Virus record (IMG/VR): IMGVR_UViG_3300027887_000463
Coordinates: 9,371-73,370 of that record
From: a virus
Reading direction: 5' to 3' (one strand)
Length of the DNA: 64,000 nucleotides
Below, one piece after another: positions 9,441 through 20,500 of the stretch (the first letter of the stretch is position 1; the number at the start of each line of letters is the position of its first letter). The notes under the pieces are model-generated. The model was not told where the DNA came from and searched no databases. It saw only the letters and a list, made by a program, of their open reading frames with translations. A program made the translations under genes and the position numbers.

Positions 9441-12404
9441 ATGACTATAAAAGAATATATAATTGATAGATTGCTCGAGTTTGACCCCACACTGGACACC
9501 AGTGATAACTCGGCATTAGTGGACTTACTAGTTAATCCTGGATCGGCTATGCTCGATCCTGTCATTGCACAACTAAACTTTCTATTAACTAATTTAGGTT
9601 TAGCTAGTCCAGAGACTATAGATGAATCTGAATTCGATTCGATTGCAGCTAACTTTCTAAAATCTAGAAAGCAAGGAGCTAAAGCTGTTGGGGTCGTAGA
9701 ACTTTTTTACAACAATCCTATCAATTTAGATATACCACAAGGAACTACCTTCACAAGTTCGACGGGAGTAGTGTTTGAAACTACACAAGCTATCCATATA
9801 CCTCTATCCAGCATGGCAGGTAACACATGGAATTTTCCTCGTTATTCGACTGGACCTATTCCGGTATCTGCTCAAGAGTTTGGAGTGATAGGTTCCATAC
9901 CTCCTAATGATATAAAGAGTACAAATCTCGTTCCCGCGCCTGCTCTTGTTACAAACCCATCAGCCTTTAGTGGAGGGGCAGATAAGGAAACCAATACAGA
10001 CTTTGCTGCACGCCTAATTGATGAGACTCTTACAGCAGCTCTAGGAAGCTCAGCGAGTATCAAAGCTAATTTAAGCCCTGCCTATCCTACAATCGAATCT
10101 GTAAAAACACGGGGAATGAATGATGTTGAGATGCTCAGGGACTTAGTATATTCGGGCATTCAAGTTTATAGTAACTATTATAACGTAGATTTCTACGGAA
10201 AAATTTCAGGGCTTAATGAACCACCATTCCCGCAAAGCATAGCCTATTGGAACGTGTTCTATGATGATCCAAATACATCAGGACTTATTCCAGATCTTCC
10301 TATCGTCACTGAGTTTACAGATCAATTTACCACCGGCCAATACGGGGGTATCTATGATCTTAACGATGCACTTAAAACAACCGTACAAACCACAATAGTT
10401 TTAGAAGATGACTTCCAGGCTCCTACGCTAGATCCGGCATGGATTCTATCGGATTCGGTTACTGGGCTGGGTATATTAAAAGATGCTAATGAATTTTTAC
10501 TAACGACCGTAAGCGGTACACAAATGCTAAGGCTGGGCAATAGATTATCACCAGATGACGCAGACGCCCAGGCATTGGTATCCATCTCTCAAGCGCAACT
10601 CTATAATATATTAAATATGTTAAAGAGCTTCAATCGTTTTGGTAAGTGGTTATGGAGAAGCAGTATATTTGATTTACAAATTAGACAGTTCCAAGCTTAT
10701 AATGACTTGATAGATTTTATTCAAGCAGATGATGATAAAGATAATAACATGTTAAGTCCGGAGGAACGTCAGGTTTGGAATATTATACGAAGTTTATCTG
10801 ATGCAGCACTTCTGGAAAAGACACATAATTTCTATCCGCTTGCTACAAGAACACTGGCTAAGCATGCTGGAGTAACTATAACAGGGAGATTTCAAACAGA
10901 CGACACTTCAACGGATGGACGTCTTTCATATGTTACCGTTCTTCGTGATCCGGACTCAATAGATCCAACTAATGGTTATGGATTTGCCTGGATGAAGAAT
11001 GATGCTAGTAATAGTATCTTTAATGTGTATCTTGTAGATAATAGTACTCTATCTAATGATCTGTTTGTAAGTACGACCACCATAGTATTACCACAAGGAG
11101 AAAACCAATTTAAAGCTGCGGCTAAGGTTGATATAAAAGCAGATAAACTCTACAGATTTAAACTGGTTATTGGCGATGATTATTCCATGTCTCTAAAGAT
11201 ATGGTTGAATGGCTCAGCCGAACCCGGTATTCCAACTCTCAGTACAGGAGCCCCGCAAAACGTTACAGCCGATGGATCTCATATCGGATTTGGTGTAATG
11301 GGAACACAAAACGGACAATGGTTCTATGATGATCTTCTGGTGGAGAACAATGCTGGGGTTCATACCGCGCTTCTGTATAGACTGAAAGCGGATCCGGCGG
11401 AGTTTCCAAATGGATCTCTAGCACGAGTTAATCATTATGGTTATGCTTACGACGGAACTACCTATGGCCTATCCGCCTTTATCAAACACTTCAATGGTTC
11501 TGTTTGGGAATGGGTTGAAATAGGTACCAATACAAGTACCAATGTTAGTGATCGAGAAGTAACCAGACTCGCATACGATTTTACTATGAATACAGATTAT
11601 CGGGATACTGATAACTTTATAGATGTATTAATCACTTCTACCGAAGCACAAACCACCGTAACTGAGGCTACATCGTACTATGTAAATTTAGAAACAGGTA
11701 TACCATCAGGAGTACATACAGGGGGATGTGCAGATATCTACATTAATGATCCAGGCTCAATCTTAGTGGCAGAGCAAACACTTAATAATGTGACTGGGAA
11801 TATTTTACTAGATACATCTAATGGCTTTATGGGACCTCTACATACTATCGTAGATGTTCAGACTGCGTTGATCGGGGATTCACTGACCGAGAATACAGAT
11901 TGGACATTAATAACGACGAATGCCGCCACCGCCTATTCGGTTCAAGAATATCCTTATCTAGCCTTTAGCCCTGATTTAGCTAACACAAAGGTAAAAATTA
12001 TTTATCGGTATTATGCATATGGGCAGGATGTACAGAATAGAGTATCCTCAGACCAATACAGATATTCAGGAGCAAGTAATTTGTCTAAGATAATGCCCCC
12101 ATGTGTGGTACGTATTAATAACCTTCGTTATAGAGGCAACCTCTCCGTAGGAGATGCGCAGCTAGCAATCGCAAATTATGTGAATACCCAACCAGAAAAG
12201 GTAACTCGTAACGAAATTATAAATGCATTATACACAGCAGGAGTTTCTTTTGTAGACCTGACTAATGTCGATATCGAAATCATACTACATAACTATAAAA
12301 GAGAAACACAAGATCCGGAACAGCTGGTTAGTGAATATATTAAACCAGATCTGTCCGCATTCTTTACCGACTCTTATGAAATGACCGGAGTTATAAAACT
12401 ATAA
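9441..12404 (+). CDS. baseplate J/gp6-like protein with extra domains
   Basis: 987 aa. The call rests on position after the W-like gene and a J-like N-terminus (IIDRLLEFDPTLDTSDNSALVDLLVNPGSAMLDPV). An internal lectin/LamG-like stretch is FKLVIGDDYSMSLKIWLNGS...GQWFYDDLLVEN. Confidence 0.4.
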   Translation: MTIKEYIIDRLLEFDPTLDTSDNSALVDLLVNPGSAMLDPVIAQLNFLLTNLGLASPETIDESEFDSIAANFLKSRKQGAKAVGVVELFYNNPINLDIPQGTTFTSSTGVVFETTQAIHIPLSSMAGNTWNFPRYSTGPIPVSAQEFGVIGSIPPNDIKSTNLVPAPALVTNPSAFSGGADKETNTDFAARLIDETLTAALGSSASIKANLSPAYPTIESVKTRGMNDVEMLRDLVYSGIQVYSNYYNVDFYGKISGLNEPPFPQSIAYWNVFYDDPNTSGLIPDLPIVTEFTDQFTTGQYGGIYDLNDALKTTVQTTIVLEDDFQAPTLDPAWILSDSVTGLGILKDANEFLLTTVSGTQMLRLGNRLSPDDADAQALVSISQAQLYNILNMLKSFNRFGKWLWRSSIFDLQIRQFQAYNDLIDFIQADDDKDNNMLSPEERQVWNIIRSLSDAALLEKTHNFYPLATRTLAKHAGVTITGRFQTDDTSTDGRLSYVTVLRDPDSIDPTNGYGFAWMKNDASNSIFNVYLVDNSTLSNDLFVSTTTIVLPQGENQFKAAAKVDIKADKLYRFKLVIGDDYSMSLKIWLNGSAEPGIPTLSTGAPQNVTADGSHIGFGVMGTQNGQWFYDDLLVENNAGVHTALLYRLKADPAEFPNGSLARVNHYGYAYDGTTYGLSAFIKHFNGSVWEWVEIGTNTSTNVSDREVTRLAYDFTMNTDYRDTDNFIDVLITSTEAQTTVTEATSYYVNLETGIPSGVHTGGCADIYINDPGSILVAEQTLNNVTGNILLDTSNGFMGPLHTIVDVQTALIGDSLTENTDWTLITTNAATAYSVQEYPYLAFSPDLANTKVKIIYRYYAYGQDVQNRVSSDQYRYSGASNLSKIMPPCVVRINNLRYRGNLSVGDAQLAIANYVNTQPEKVTRNEIINALYTAGVSFVDLTNVDIEIILHNYKRETQDPEQLVSEYIKPDLSAFFTDSYEMTGVIKL

Positions 12405-13831
12405 TGATTCCCCAGATAACACAGATATGGGATTACATAGGATCAGCGTGGAATAATTTCCAGGATAAAGAACTCGTAGAGAATTTCTGGGCTGCGCTAG
12501 CTAGTGGTAATCAATATGTTTTTAGCCATGTTTCAAATGTACAGTTCAGTCGTACAATAGACTATATGTATCCTACATTTGATTATGGTCCTGAGACTTT
12601 TATTATAGTATATTCTGGACTAACAACCGATTTAACGGTTAGTCCTATTGTAAACGGACAAGAGCAGGTATTAAATGGTGGTTTTGAAACAAATACTTCA
12701 GGCTGGATATCATATGGATCTGTCCCCTTTGTTCGATCAAATACATATGCACATACTGGAACCTGGTCAATTAAATTACCGGCTAATAATTCTTCAGCAG
12801 GTGCTAAATATAGTTTTGGAGGAAGCCAATTACCATCTTCCACGCTTACTGCGTGGTTTAAATTAGGATCTCTTCCGTCTACAGGTCAAGCCGGCTCGAT
12901 AGGACTTCTGGCGGTTGATGAAAACGATATGATAGTTGCGATGTCATTGGCAGCTGTGAATACAACTGCTTGGCAGAAGGTGACTATATATAGTCAGTTG
13001 CCAAACATTCGCGGATTAATTGTGTACAGTTTAACTGCCGTAGACGTTTATGTAGATGATGTATCGTTGCAAAGAACTGGATATTTTGAATATGCTCTTC
13101 CAGAATATACTTACTCTGTACCAACCATTACGTATAAATATACTTATAATGGGGTTGTATATACGGGAACATATACCGAGAATGTTGACTACCTCATTTC
13201 GTCGGAACTGAACTCGCTAATTTGGATAGGTACGATTATTCCCGATCGGCGATATTCAGATAAAAGAGTTTTAATAGGGACTGCCGACCACGTATATAGA
13301 ATCAATCCCGTACTAGGCGATGTGTGGTCTCGCCAATGTGGCTTCAAGATACAGACGATGTATCCTAGTTATGGTTCTTTCGGACAAGAAAAATACACAC
13401 ATCTGAAGCAATTGATTTGGTCATTAGATTTTTATCAGCAACAGGCTCCTAGTATATATACACTAAGAAATGCTTATGGAATTGCTAGGGGACTTCCTTT
13501 TGCGTATGAATCTGGAATTATGAGTTATACAACAGTAGGTGGGCTCTATAATGTAACTATAGGTGGAGATACTTTTATATTCCCCTCTGGAGTAAGGCCC
13601 GGCCCTATTGGTTATTACGACAAGTTTGAAGTACTAGCAAGTGGTTTAGAACTATATGATTATATTAGCAATCCGTCATTAATAAATACCTACACAAACC
13701 CGTATACGCGCAGATCTACTTTAATCTACGATCTTGATGCAAGTTTATCGGGAATATCCTTCTCACAGGATTTTCTGGACACTTATATGGCAAAAATTAT
13801 CCCAGAACAAATACAATATCTAACAATATAA
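12404..13831 (+). CDS. baseplate/tail-fibre protein with CBM4/9-like carbohydrate-binding motif
   Basis: 475 aa. VLNGGFETNTSGWISYGSVPFVRSNTYAHTGTWSIKL is the typical GGFE...W...G opening of CBM_4_9-type modules. ATGA overlap with the upstream gene. Confidence 0.45.
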   Translation: MIPQITQIWDYIGSAWNNFQDKELVENFWAALASGNQYVFSHVSNVQFSRTIDYMYPTFDYGPETFIIVYSGLTTDLTVSPIVNGQEQVLNGGFETNTSGWISYGSVPFVRSNTYAHTGTWSIKLPANNSSAGAKYSFGGSQLPSSTLTAWFKLGSLPSTGQAGSIGLLAVDENDMIVAMSLAAVNTTAWQKVTIYSQLPNIRGLIVYSLTAVDVYVDDVSLQRTGYFEYALPEYTYSVPTITYKYTYNGVVYTGTYTENVDYLISSELNSLIWIGTIIPDRRYSDKRVLIGTADHVYRINPVLGDVWSRQCGFKIQTMYPSYGSFGQEKYTHLKQLIWSLDFYQQQAPSIYTLRNAYGIARGLPFAYESGIMSYTTVGGLYNVTIGGDTFIFPSGVRPGPIGYYDKFEVLASGLELYDYISNPSLINTYTNPYTRRSTLIYDLDASLSGISFSQDFLDTYMAKIIPEQIQYLTI

Positions 13832-13841
13832 TGGACTAATC

Positions 13842-16331
13842 ATGGAACGAGTAATAGTAAATGAAGGTACCAAAGTCAATCTGTATGATCTCTTCGAAGA
13901 TCTGCAGGACTATTCGCAAACTAACTTTTTAAGAGTAATCGATCTGCTGATAGAGACTTATGGAGTAAATGCCGATTATCTTCAATCAGGGATACCGGCC
14001 TCGGACACTACTTTAAAAGTAACAACGAGTGCAGGAACGTATGTTAATATAGCTCCTGGAGAAGCACTTACTTCCGGATTACATTATATACGTATCTCTG
14101 CTCCCACAACTTTTTCAACCGTTGGGTTAAGCGTGGGGGATCATAAGCTTTGGCTTATGCATCAATATTCTGAGTCCGATCCTGTCGATGTTATGAGCGG
14201 CTTTGCCATAGGCTTGCTCGGAGGATCACAAAGAAATTCTCGTAAACATGATTCGTATGCTTTTGCCTGGGATATGGTTACAACGACTAGCGGGGTTCTA
14301 CTAGCAAACGTAGCCATTATAGGAGGAGCCTTAGTTGATGAAGTTGAAGATGAACGACACGCTAACATATTAAAGTTTAAAACTAATGTAATTCCAGTGG
14401 ACGTAGTGAGAAAGACAGAAACCGCCGTACAGGAAGTACAAGGTGGTTTTTGGGCAGCGTCTCTTGCAGCTGTCGGGGTTTCCTACTTAGATAAATTTAC
14501 TATCACTACAGGAACTGGTATTCACACGTTATCTGGAAATGAAGCAACTCTGTTAAAAGCTAGATCCCACGATCAGAATACTGATACATATACAACGGCT
14601 TCGAACTTTTATGTTGGCGGACCTGCCGGAACAGGATCACTTGTATTAACAATTCCAGATGAGCCCATGCTTCCTCAAAATCTACGGATAGTAGATATAT
14701 CTCCGGTTACTCTAAGCGACTACAGGGACAAAGCATATGAAGAAAGCCGAATGCCCCTTGAAGTTAAGGTGGGTTTGATTTCTCATGAGGCTGCTGTAAC
14801 TATGAAGTGGAATTGGGACGAGGTATTGATGATTGGCGCACCTGGCCCGAACACTGCTCTTATTGCCCTTAACCCTGGTCCAGATAGGGAAGTGCTGGCA
14901 GATGAATTAATCGGTTATCACTTCTGGCATCCTACTGGATATGATTATGTTATCACAGATAATGGAGCATCATATTCTGTAACAGGACAATATGCTACAC
15001 AAATAACTGTACAACCTTATGGACATTCTGTTGGTCTTGAAACACTACCACTAATTTATACAGGAACTTCGGCCAAAGCTTGGGTCCATAGTAACGCAGA
15101 TTCCTATGATATAGTTGCCATTCCGGTAACGAAGTCTGATGATGAAGTACTAGAGGAGCGTTATGAAGCAAGAATTATCTCAGCCAATGGAACTCCAATT
15201 AGTTTAAAGACTATGGAGAATTATTTCCTTGGAGAAAATATTAGAATAAATATTCGAGCAAATAACCTATCAAGACATTCGGGGTGGGCTATAATGCCCC
15301 CGGGATCATTTACTAAACCATCCCCATGGCTATCACCAGTTACTTATAGATCACCGTTACTAGTAAAGATCCCAGACATCTCTTCAGTAGGAGCATCTAT
15401 TTCTGCGGCGGGATCTTCAACTGGCTTTGTAATAAACATAAATGGATGGTCATTAGCCACAGATTTCGAATTAGTTTGGTCTGCTGATCAGAATGGTGCA
15501 GATTTCAATAACCCAAGGGCAGAACGGAGAATTACAAGCGCACGAAAAGTAGATATCACTACATCGATGACTATAAGATACTATGTAAAGGTTCGCCCAC
15601 TTATTTCTGGACAATCGGTTGCCCCCGCATTAGCGACTGATGTTATGTCTGGTTCAGGAGGACAGAAACCGGTAATCTATACCTTCGGTCCAACACAAGT
15701 TAATCTTAAAACATACTCCGGAACAATCGGTGGATATAATGTTGGACCAGAAGCCTGGAGCCTTACTAGTATGTATAGTCCTGCTGGAAGTGTTGTTGTG
15801 TCCGGCTATATTAATTCCTCATTACAGGGGGAGACTCTAACCGTAGGAGTTACAGATTATAATATTGACGATACGATGGGGAGTTATTTCCTATGTCTTA
15901 GTGATATGAATGGAAACTTTGTAAGTGCAGGACTTGCTGGACAAGCATACACAATTGGCGTATCTAAGTTTGCTAGAGAGTTGCATACATGGACTGGCCC
16001 AGGATTTGATTTTGTAATAACTGAAATTGAGGTTAATCAATTTGCTAAACCAGGATCCAATGTATATGCCACATCTCCGGTATTAAGGGTATATCCATTA
16101 GCTATGGAATCAGAATACGATAGTGTTGTTCTGAGTTCTCCAGGATCTGCCCGCTATCTACAATCAACAGATATTTTAGTTACACAGAACTGGGGAAATC
16201 GGATTGTTCGTATAGATCTCTATGATCCGAGTGGCAGTACCGATGCCAACAAGGTAGGATTTACAGGAGCAATTACATTATCCTATAGAGCAATAACTCC
16301 ATCTGATGAGTATAGTGGATTAAACCGATAA
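13842..16331 (+). CDS. hypothetical tail-fibre/baseplate structural protein
   Basis: 829-aa ORF in the fibre gene run. It is S/T/G-rich, as beta-rich fibre proteins are. No specific motif. Confidence 0.4.
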   Translation: MERVIVNEGTKVNLYDLFEDLQDYSQTNFLRVIDLLIETYGVNADYLQSGIPASDTTLKVTTSAGTYVNIAPGEALTSGLHYIRISAPTTFSTVGLSVGDHKLWLMHQYSESDPVDVMSGFAIGLLGGSQRNSRKHDSYAFAWDMVTTTSGVLLANVAIIGGALVDEVEDERHANILKFKTNVIPVDVVRKTETAVQEVQGGFWAASLAAVGVSYLDKFTITTGTGIHTLSGNEATLLKARSHDQNTDTYTTASNFYVGGPAGTGSLVLTIPDEPMLPQNLRIVDISPVTLSDYRDKAYEESRMPLEVKVGLISHEAAVTMKWNWDEVLMIGAPGPNTALIALNPGPDREVLADELIGYHFWHPTGYDYVITDNGASYSVTGQYATQITVQPYGHSVGLETLPLIYTGTSAKAWVHSNADSYDIVAIPVTKSDDEVLEERYEARIISANGTPISLKTMENYFLGENIRINIRANNLSRHSGWAIMPPGSFTKPSPWLSPVTYRSPLLVKIPDISSVGASISAAGSSTGFVININGWSLATDFELVWSADQNGADFNNPRAERRITSARKVDITTSMTIRYYVKVRPLISGQSVAPALATDVMSGSGGQKPVIYTFGPTQVNLKTYSGTIGGYNVGPEAWSLTSMYSPAGSVVVSGYINSSLQGETLTVGVTDYNIDDTMGSYFLCLSDMNGNFVSAGLAGQAYTIGVSKFARELHTWTGPGFDFVITEIEVNQFAKPGSNVYATSPVLRVYPLAMESEYDSVVLSSPGSARYLQSTDILVTQNWGNRIVRIDLYDPSGSTDANKVGFTGAITLSYRAITPSDEYSGLNR

Positions 16332-16340
16332 GGATAGAAC

Positions 16341-17564
16341 ATGTTAGATAATCTAACAATAGCACAACCTAATGTAGATAGAATAACAATTCTAAATTCA
16401 GGTATTGTTACTCTTATAGAGGATCTTTATAGAGAAGACCTTGTTCTGGGACGTAGTCGTATCAAAGCTACCTTCTCATCATTACAAGTGTCGGGACTTA
16501 TTGAGCGGCTATACTATGAGGTTTATGATGGGAATCTTGAAGCAGATAATGTTATCGAGTTTGATATGGTTCCCTCTGGAACAGAGTCTGTAGAAATTGC
16601 AGGAGTAACTTATACGTTTGTAGCATCGGGTCTATTAATTTCCCCCAATGATGTTCCGCTAAGAAACACGGCACTAGGTTGTGCCATTGCGTTGTATCGA
16701 GTTATAAACAAAAACGGAATCCCTGGAGCTGATTATGTCCTCTCAGGACAAAATGTACATCCATATGTATCTGGACTTCTTGCTGATAATCCTTTGTATC
16801 TTCAGATAAATACCTCAGGAATTATTGGAAATACCTACACGATATATAAAAATTATGATTCCACCGCACTGGGAGTTTATAGTGTTAGGTTTAGTAAAGG
16901 TAAAGACCAAGAGGTGAAAAATCCTTTATGGTTTGACTACGTGGCTTATTCTGGAACTAACGGAACCACTTATCTTTGTGATGTTCCTTCTTCAGATTAT
17001 GGTTTAACTTATTATGTTCGACTGTATTTTGCAAATTCTAGCGGACTTCAGGCACTTAATGTCTTACAAGAACCTTCTGATTATTGGCGATATACGCCGC
17101 CCTTCTTCGGCCGAACTTCTCTACCATATTATGCTGAAGTATCTGGATTAGTTGGTTCAGATCTTGTACAAGGAAAGATTCCTTCAATTCATGAGCTTGT
17201 AATAAAGTGGGATGATATGCATGTTTATTCCGGACTTAATGTAAAATTAGCATACCCGCTTACTACAGGAACCCCTACCCAATCAACGGATTCATATGAC
17301 CTGGTTGAATTAGGGCAAAAATTTTCGTATATTATATTTGTGTTCAAATCATCGGCAGGGTCTTCACCACAACGAAGCTGGCCGAGACCTACCGATGCGA
17401 ATGGCACCTGGTATTATGCCGGCAGAACAGATGATACCTCTGCTCGAGTATTTATGCCAATAGGATCCACATATTCAATTTGGGTAGGATTTGGAAACGC
17501 AGATACACTGAGAACTTCAGGCCTACCAATAGACATTGTACACCCCGACATTTACATAGAGTAA
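16341..17564 (+). CDS. hypothetical tail-fibre-associated protein
   Basis: 407-aa ORF with AAGGA upstream of the ATG. It lies immediately upstream of the giant fibre gene. Confidence 0.4.
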   Translation: MLDNLTIAQPNVDRITILNSGIVTLIEDLYREDLVLGRSRIKATFSSLQVSGLIERLYYEVYDGNLEADNVIEFDMVPSGTESVEIAGVTYTFVASGLLISPNDVPLRNTALGCAIALYRVINKNGIPGADYVLSGQNVHPYVSGLLADNPLYLQINTSGIIGNTYTIYKNYDSTALGVYSVRFSKGKDQEVKNPLWFDYVAYSGTNGTTYLCDVPSSDYGLTYYVRLYFANSSGLQALNVLQEPSDYWRYTPPFFGRTSLPYYAEVSGLVGSDLVQGKIPSIHELVIKWDDMHVYSGLNVKLAYPLTTGTPTQSTDSYDLVELGQKFSYIIFVFKSSAGSSPQRSWPRPTDANGTWYYAGRTDDTSARVFMPIGSTYSIWVGFGNADTLRTSGLPIDIVHPDIYIE

Positions 17565-17565
17565 T

Positions 17566-20500
17566 ATGGCTTCTTTCTTATTAAAGAGAACAACAGATAG
17601 CATAGCCTACGGAACCAAAGTTAAAAACGGTAGGTATGTAGTAGGTGCTTATGTTGTCTTATACAACTCCACAACTTCTACCCTTATCGGTCAAACACAG
17701 ACCGATAAATATGGCCGTTGGTACATCATCATTAATACCTCCACACCCGACCCAGGAATCTACCAAGTACGTTTCTACGGTTCCGGATTAATTTCCGCCG
17801 AACCACCTGATGGAGATTGGGAATTTGTTGAGATCGTTGATACCACAGCCGCACAACAGGGCGCTGTTACCTATCGCGGAATCTGGAAAGTTGGAACTCA
17901 GTATTACGGGAGTGCTATATACCATGAAGCTGTTAAAGCTCCTGATGGAAAATATTATTATTCTATAGCTGACAGTCTTGGGGTTCAACCGCCGAACGCT
18001 GGATCCTGGACATATTTCTCCGATCAATTTGCCTCCGTTGCAACCGACCTTCTTTTAGCACAAGATGTTGCTGTAGGAAGAACTATAACTCTTGGTACTG
18101 CTCTTGAAGATGGTGGTGCTGGTGGTATTCTACAAACTGCAGGAGTAACCGGGCTACGTTCTGGTACCGGGGGATTCTACGTTAAAGGTTCTGGACTCAG
18201 TGAACTACGTATAGGTACAGTTGATGGGGCCAACTTAGTAAGTGGCCTTCTATGGGATGGTCCTAATAATATCTTTGAAATTCGTTCCAAGAATTTCTCT
18301 ATAGATCAATATGGAAATGTTACAATCACTGGGCTAATTACTGCCACCTCTGGTCTCATAGGCGGATGGACGATTGGACCAACCTCACTCTATTCAAATA
18401 GTGGTGCTGGTGTTGGTATGTCTTCAGGCGATTGGCCCTTCTATGCCGGAGATACAAATCCCGCTAATGCTGAGTTTAGAGTAAGTAATGCTGGAGCTCT
18501 TTATGCTTCAAATGCTACTATTAGCGGTTCGATTTCTGCAAGTTCTGGGGTTATAGGCGGATGGATTATCGGACCAACATATTTATATTCAACTAATGTT
18601 GGCCTGGCCCCGTATGATTATCCCGTTTTTGCTGGAGCTGATTATAGTTCCCGTGCCTCTGCTCCTTTTAGAGTTAATACAGCTGGCTCTATATACAGCA
18701 TCTCCGGTATTATCGGAGGATGGGCTCTTGATACCAACACACTAACTGCACTTACTAACGGACAGATTCGTACAGGATCTTCTGGAACATATATAACTCT
18801 TGATAGAAATTATCTTCAAAGCTCTACTTATATATCCGGTAATCAAGGATTCAGAATAACATCTTCTACTGCAGATGCTGAGTTTAATAACATTGTAGCT
18901 CGTGGAACTTTCCGAGCATCCGTATTTGCCATTGATGAAGTAAATGCAACTGGCGGAACCATGATGGTTACCGACGCTGCTGAGGTTGTTAGTGGTCTTA
19001 CCACTCCCAACGATCTTAGTACAACTTGGTATTTATGTGCTAGAAAAACCTACACAAACCAAGCAGCCATGTTTGGTGGTCCTGGTACGGCTACGGGCTA
19101 TGTTATAAGACTTAAGTTTGCCGATCAGGCGGTTAACGGAGTTACAGATATTTGGGCTACACGCACCTCAGCTGCAGCTGTAGATGGAGGAACATATTGG
19201 AGATTTACCGTTCAGAATGCTACAGTTAATTCCCAAAATAAGAATATTTATAAAGGTACTGCTGCAGTTGGTTATGGAACTTCTACATCTAAAAAAATAA
19301 TCCTAACCAGTGATTTGGGTGGATCCGCTGTAACTCCTTATATAGATATGTTCACTACAGGATCATCGCCCTGGAATGGTGTAACCACAAATCTTCGTCT
19401 TGGAAATCTTACCGGAATTACCGATCCATCTTATGGAACACTTCCTTCTGGAACTTATGGCCTCTATGCTGATAATGCTTATCTTAAGGGAGCTATTGTA
19501 GCTGCTTCTGGTCTTATTGGTGGATGGAATATTGGAAGTAATTATCTCTACTCTACTGCTGGTAACGGTGAAGGTTTAGCTCCTCTTGATTATCCTTTCT
19601 TTGCTGGAGCACAATATGCATCACGAGCATCGGCTCCCTTTAGAGTTAATACCACAGGAGCTATATATAGTGTATCTGGAATTATTGGTGGATGGAATCT
19701 TACACCTTCACAAATATTTGCACGTTCTCTAGTTGGTAGTGGTATGGTCAGTATGTATGGATTCCAGGCAAGCTCCGATTGGTGGTATGGGGGTTTTGAA
19801 TTAAAAGATTGGGCTACTTGGAGAACCGGAAATAAAGCACGTTACCACGGTTTCTTTGGAATGTCGGATAATGGATCGCCTCCAACTAAACCCGAGATTG
19901 TATTCTATGTAGGAGCTACTACAAATACTTCTCCCCGGTCTGACGCAGCTTTTTATATTGATATGGATGGAGGCATGAGGTTTGGTGGAACTCAAACCCA
20001 GCCTGGAATGACTTGGGATCCGAACACGAATGAATTGACTCTCAGTGGAATAATCACAGCAACTCAAGGAAAGATCGGCGGTTGGAATATAGGAGCGACC
20101 TCTCTTTATGCAGGAACCGGATCGTCTACTGTTGGATTAGCATCCTCGGGAGGCTATGCTATATATGCGGGCTCTGCTACTCCAAGTGCAGCTCCTTTTA
20201 GAGTTGATCCTGCTGGAAATGTTTGGGCAACTGCAGGATTCATTGGAGGGGATGACTCCTCCACAGGATGGGAAATTACTACCGGATCAATAGCAACAAC
20301 ATTAAATGGTGGTGAAATGTTTTTATCCACCGTAAATTTAGAACGCGCATATGCATCAATTCTAGGAATCGATAATTATTTTGCTGGTCTTTGGACTTAT
20401 TATACTGGACCAATCATACCCGGATCTCATGAAGCATATAGTTCGGTAAATGCTTCTACTACATCCAATGTGCCTGTTATATTTGCTGGAGCTGATACTA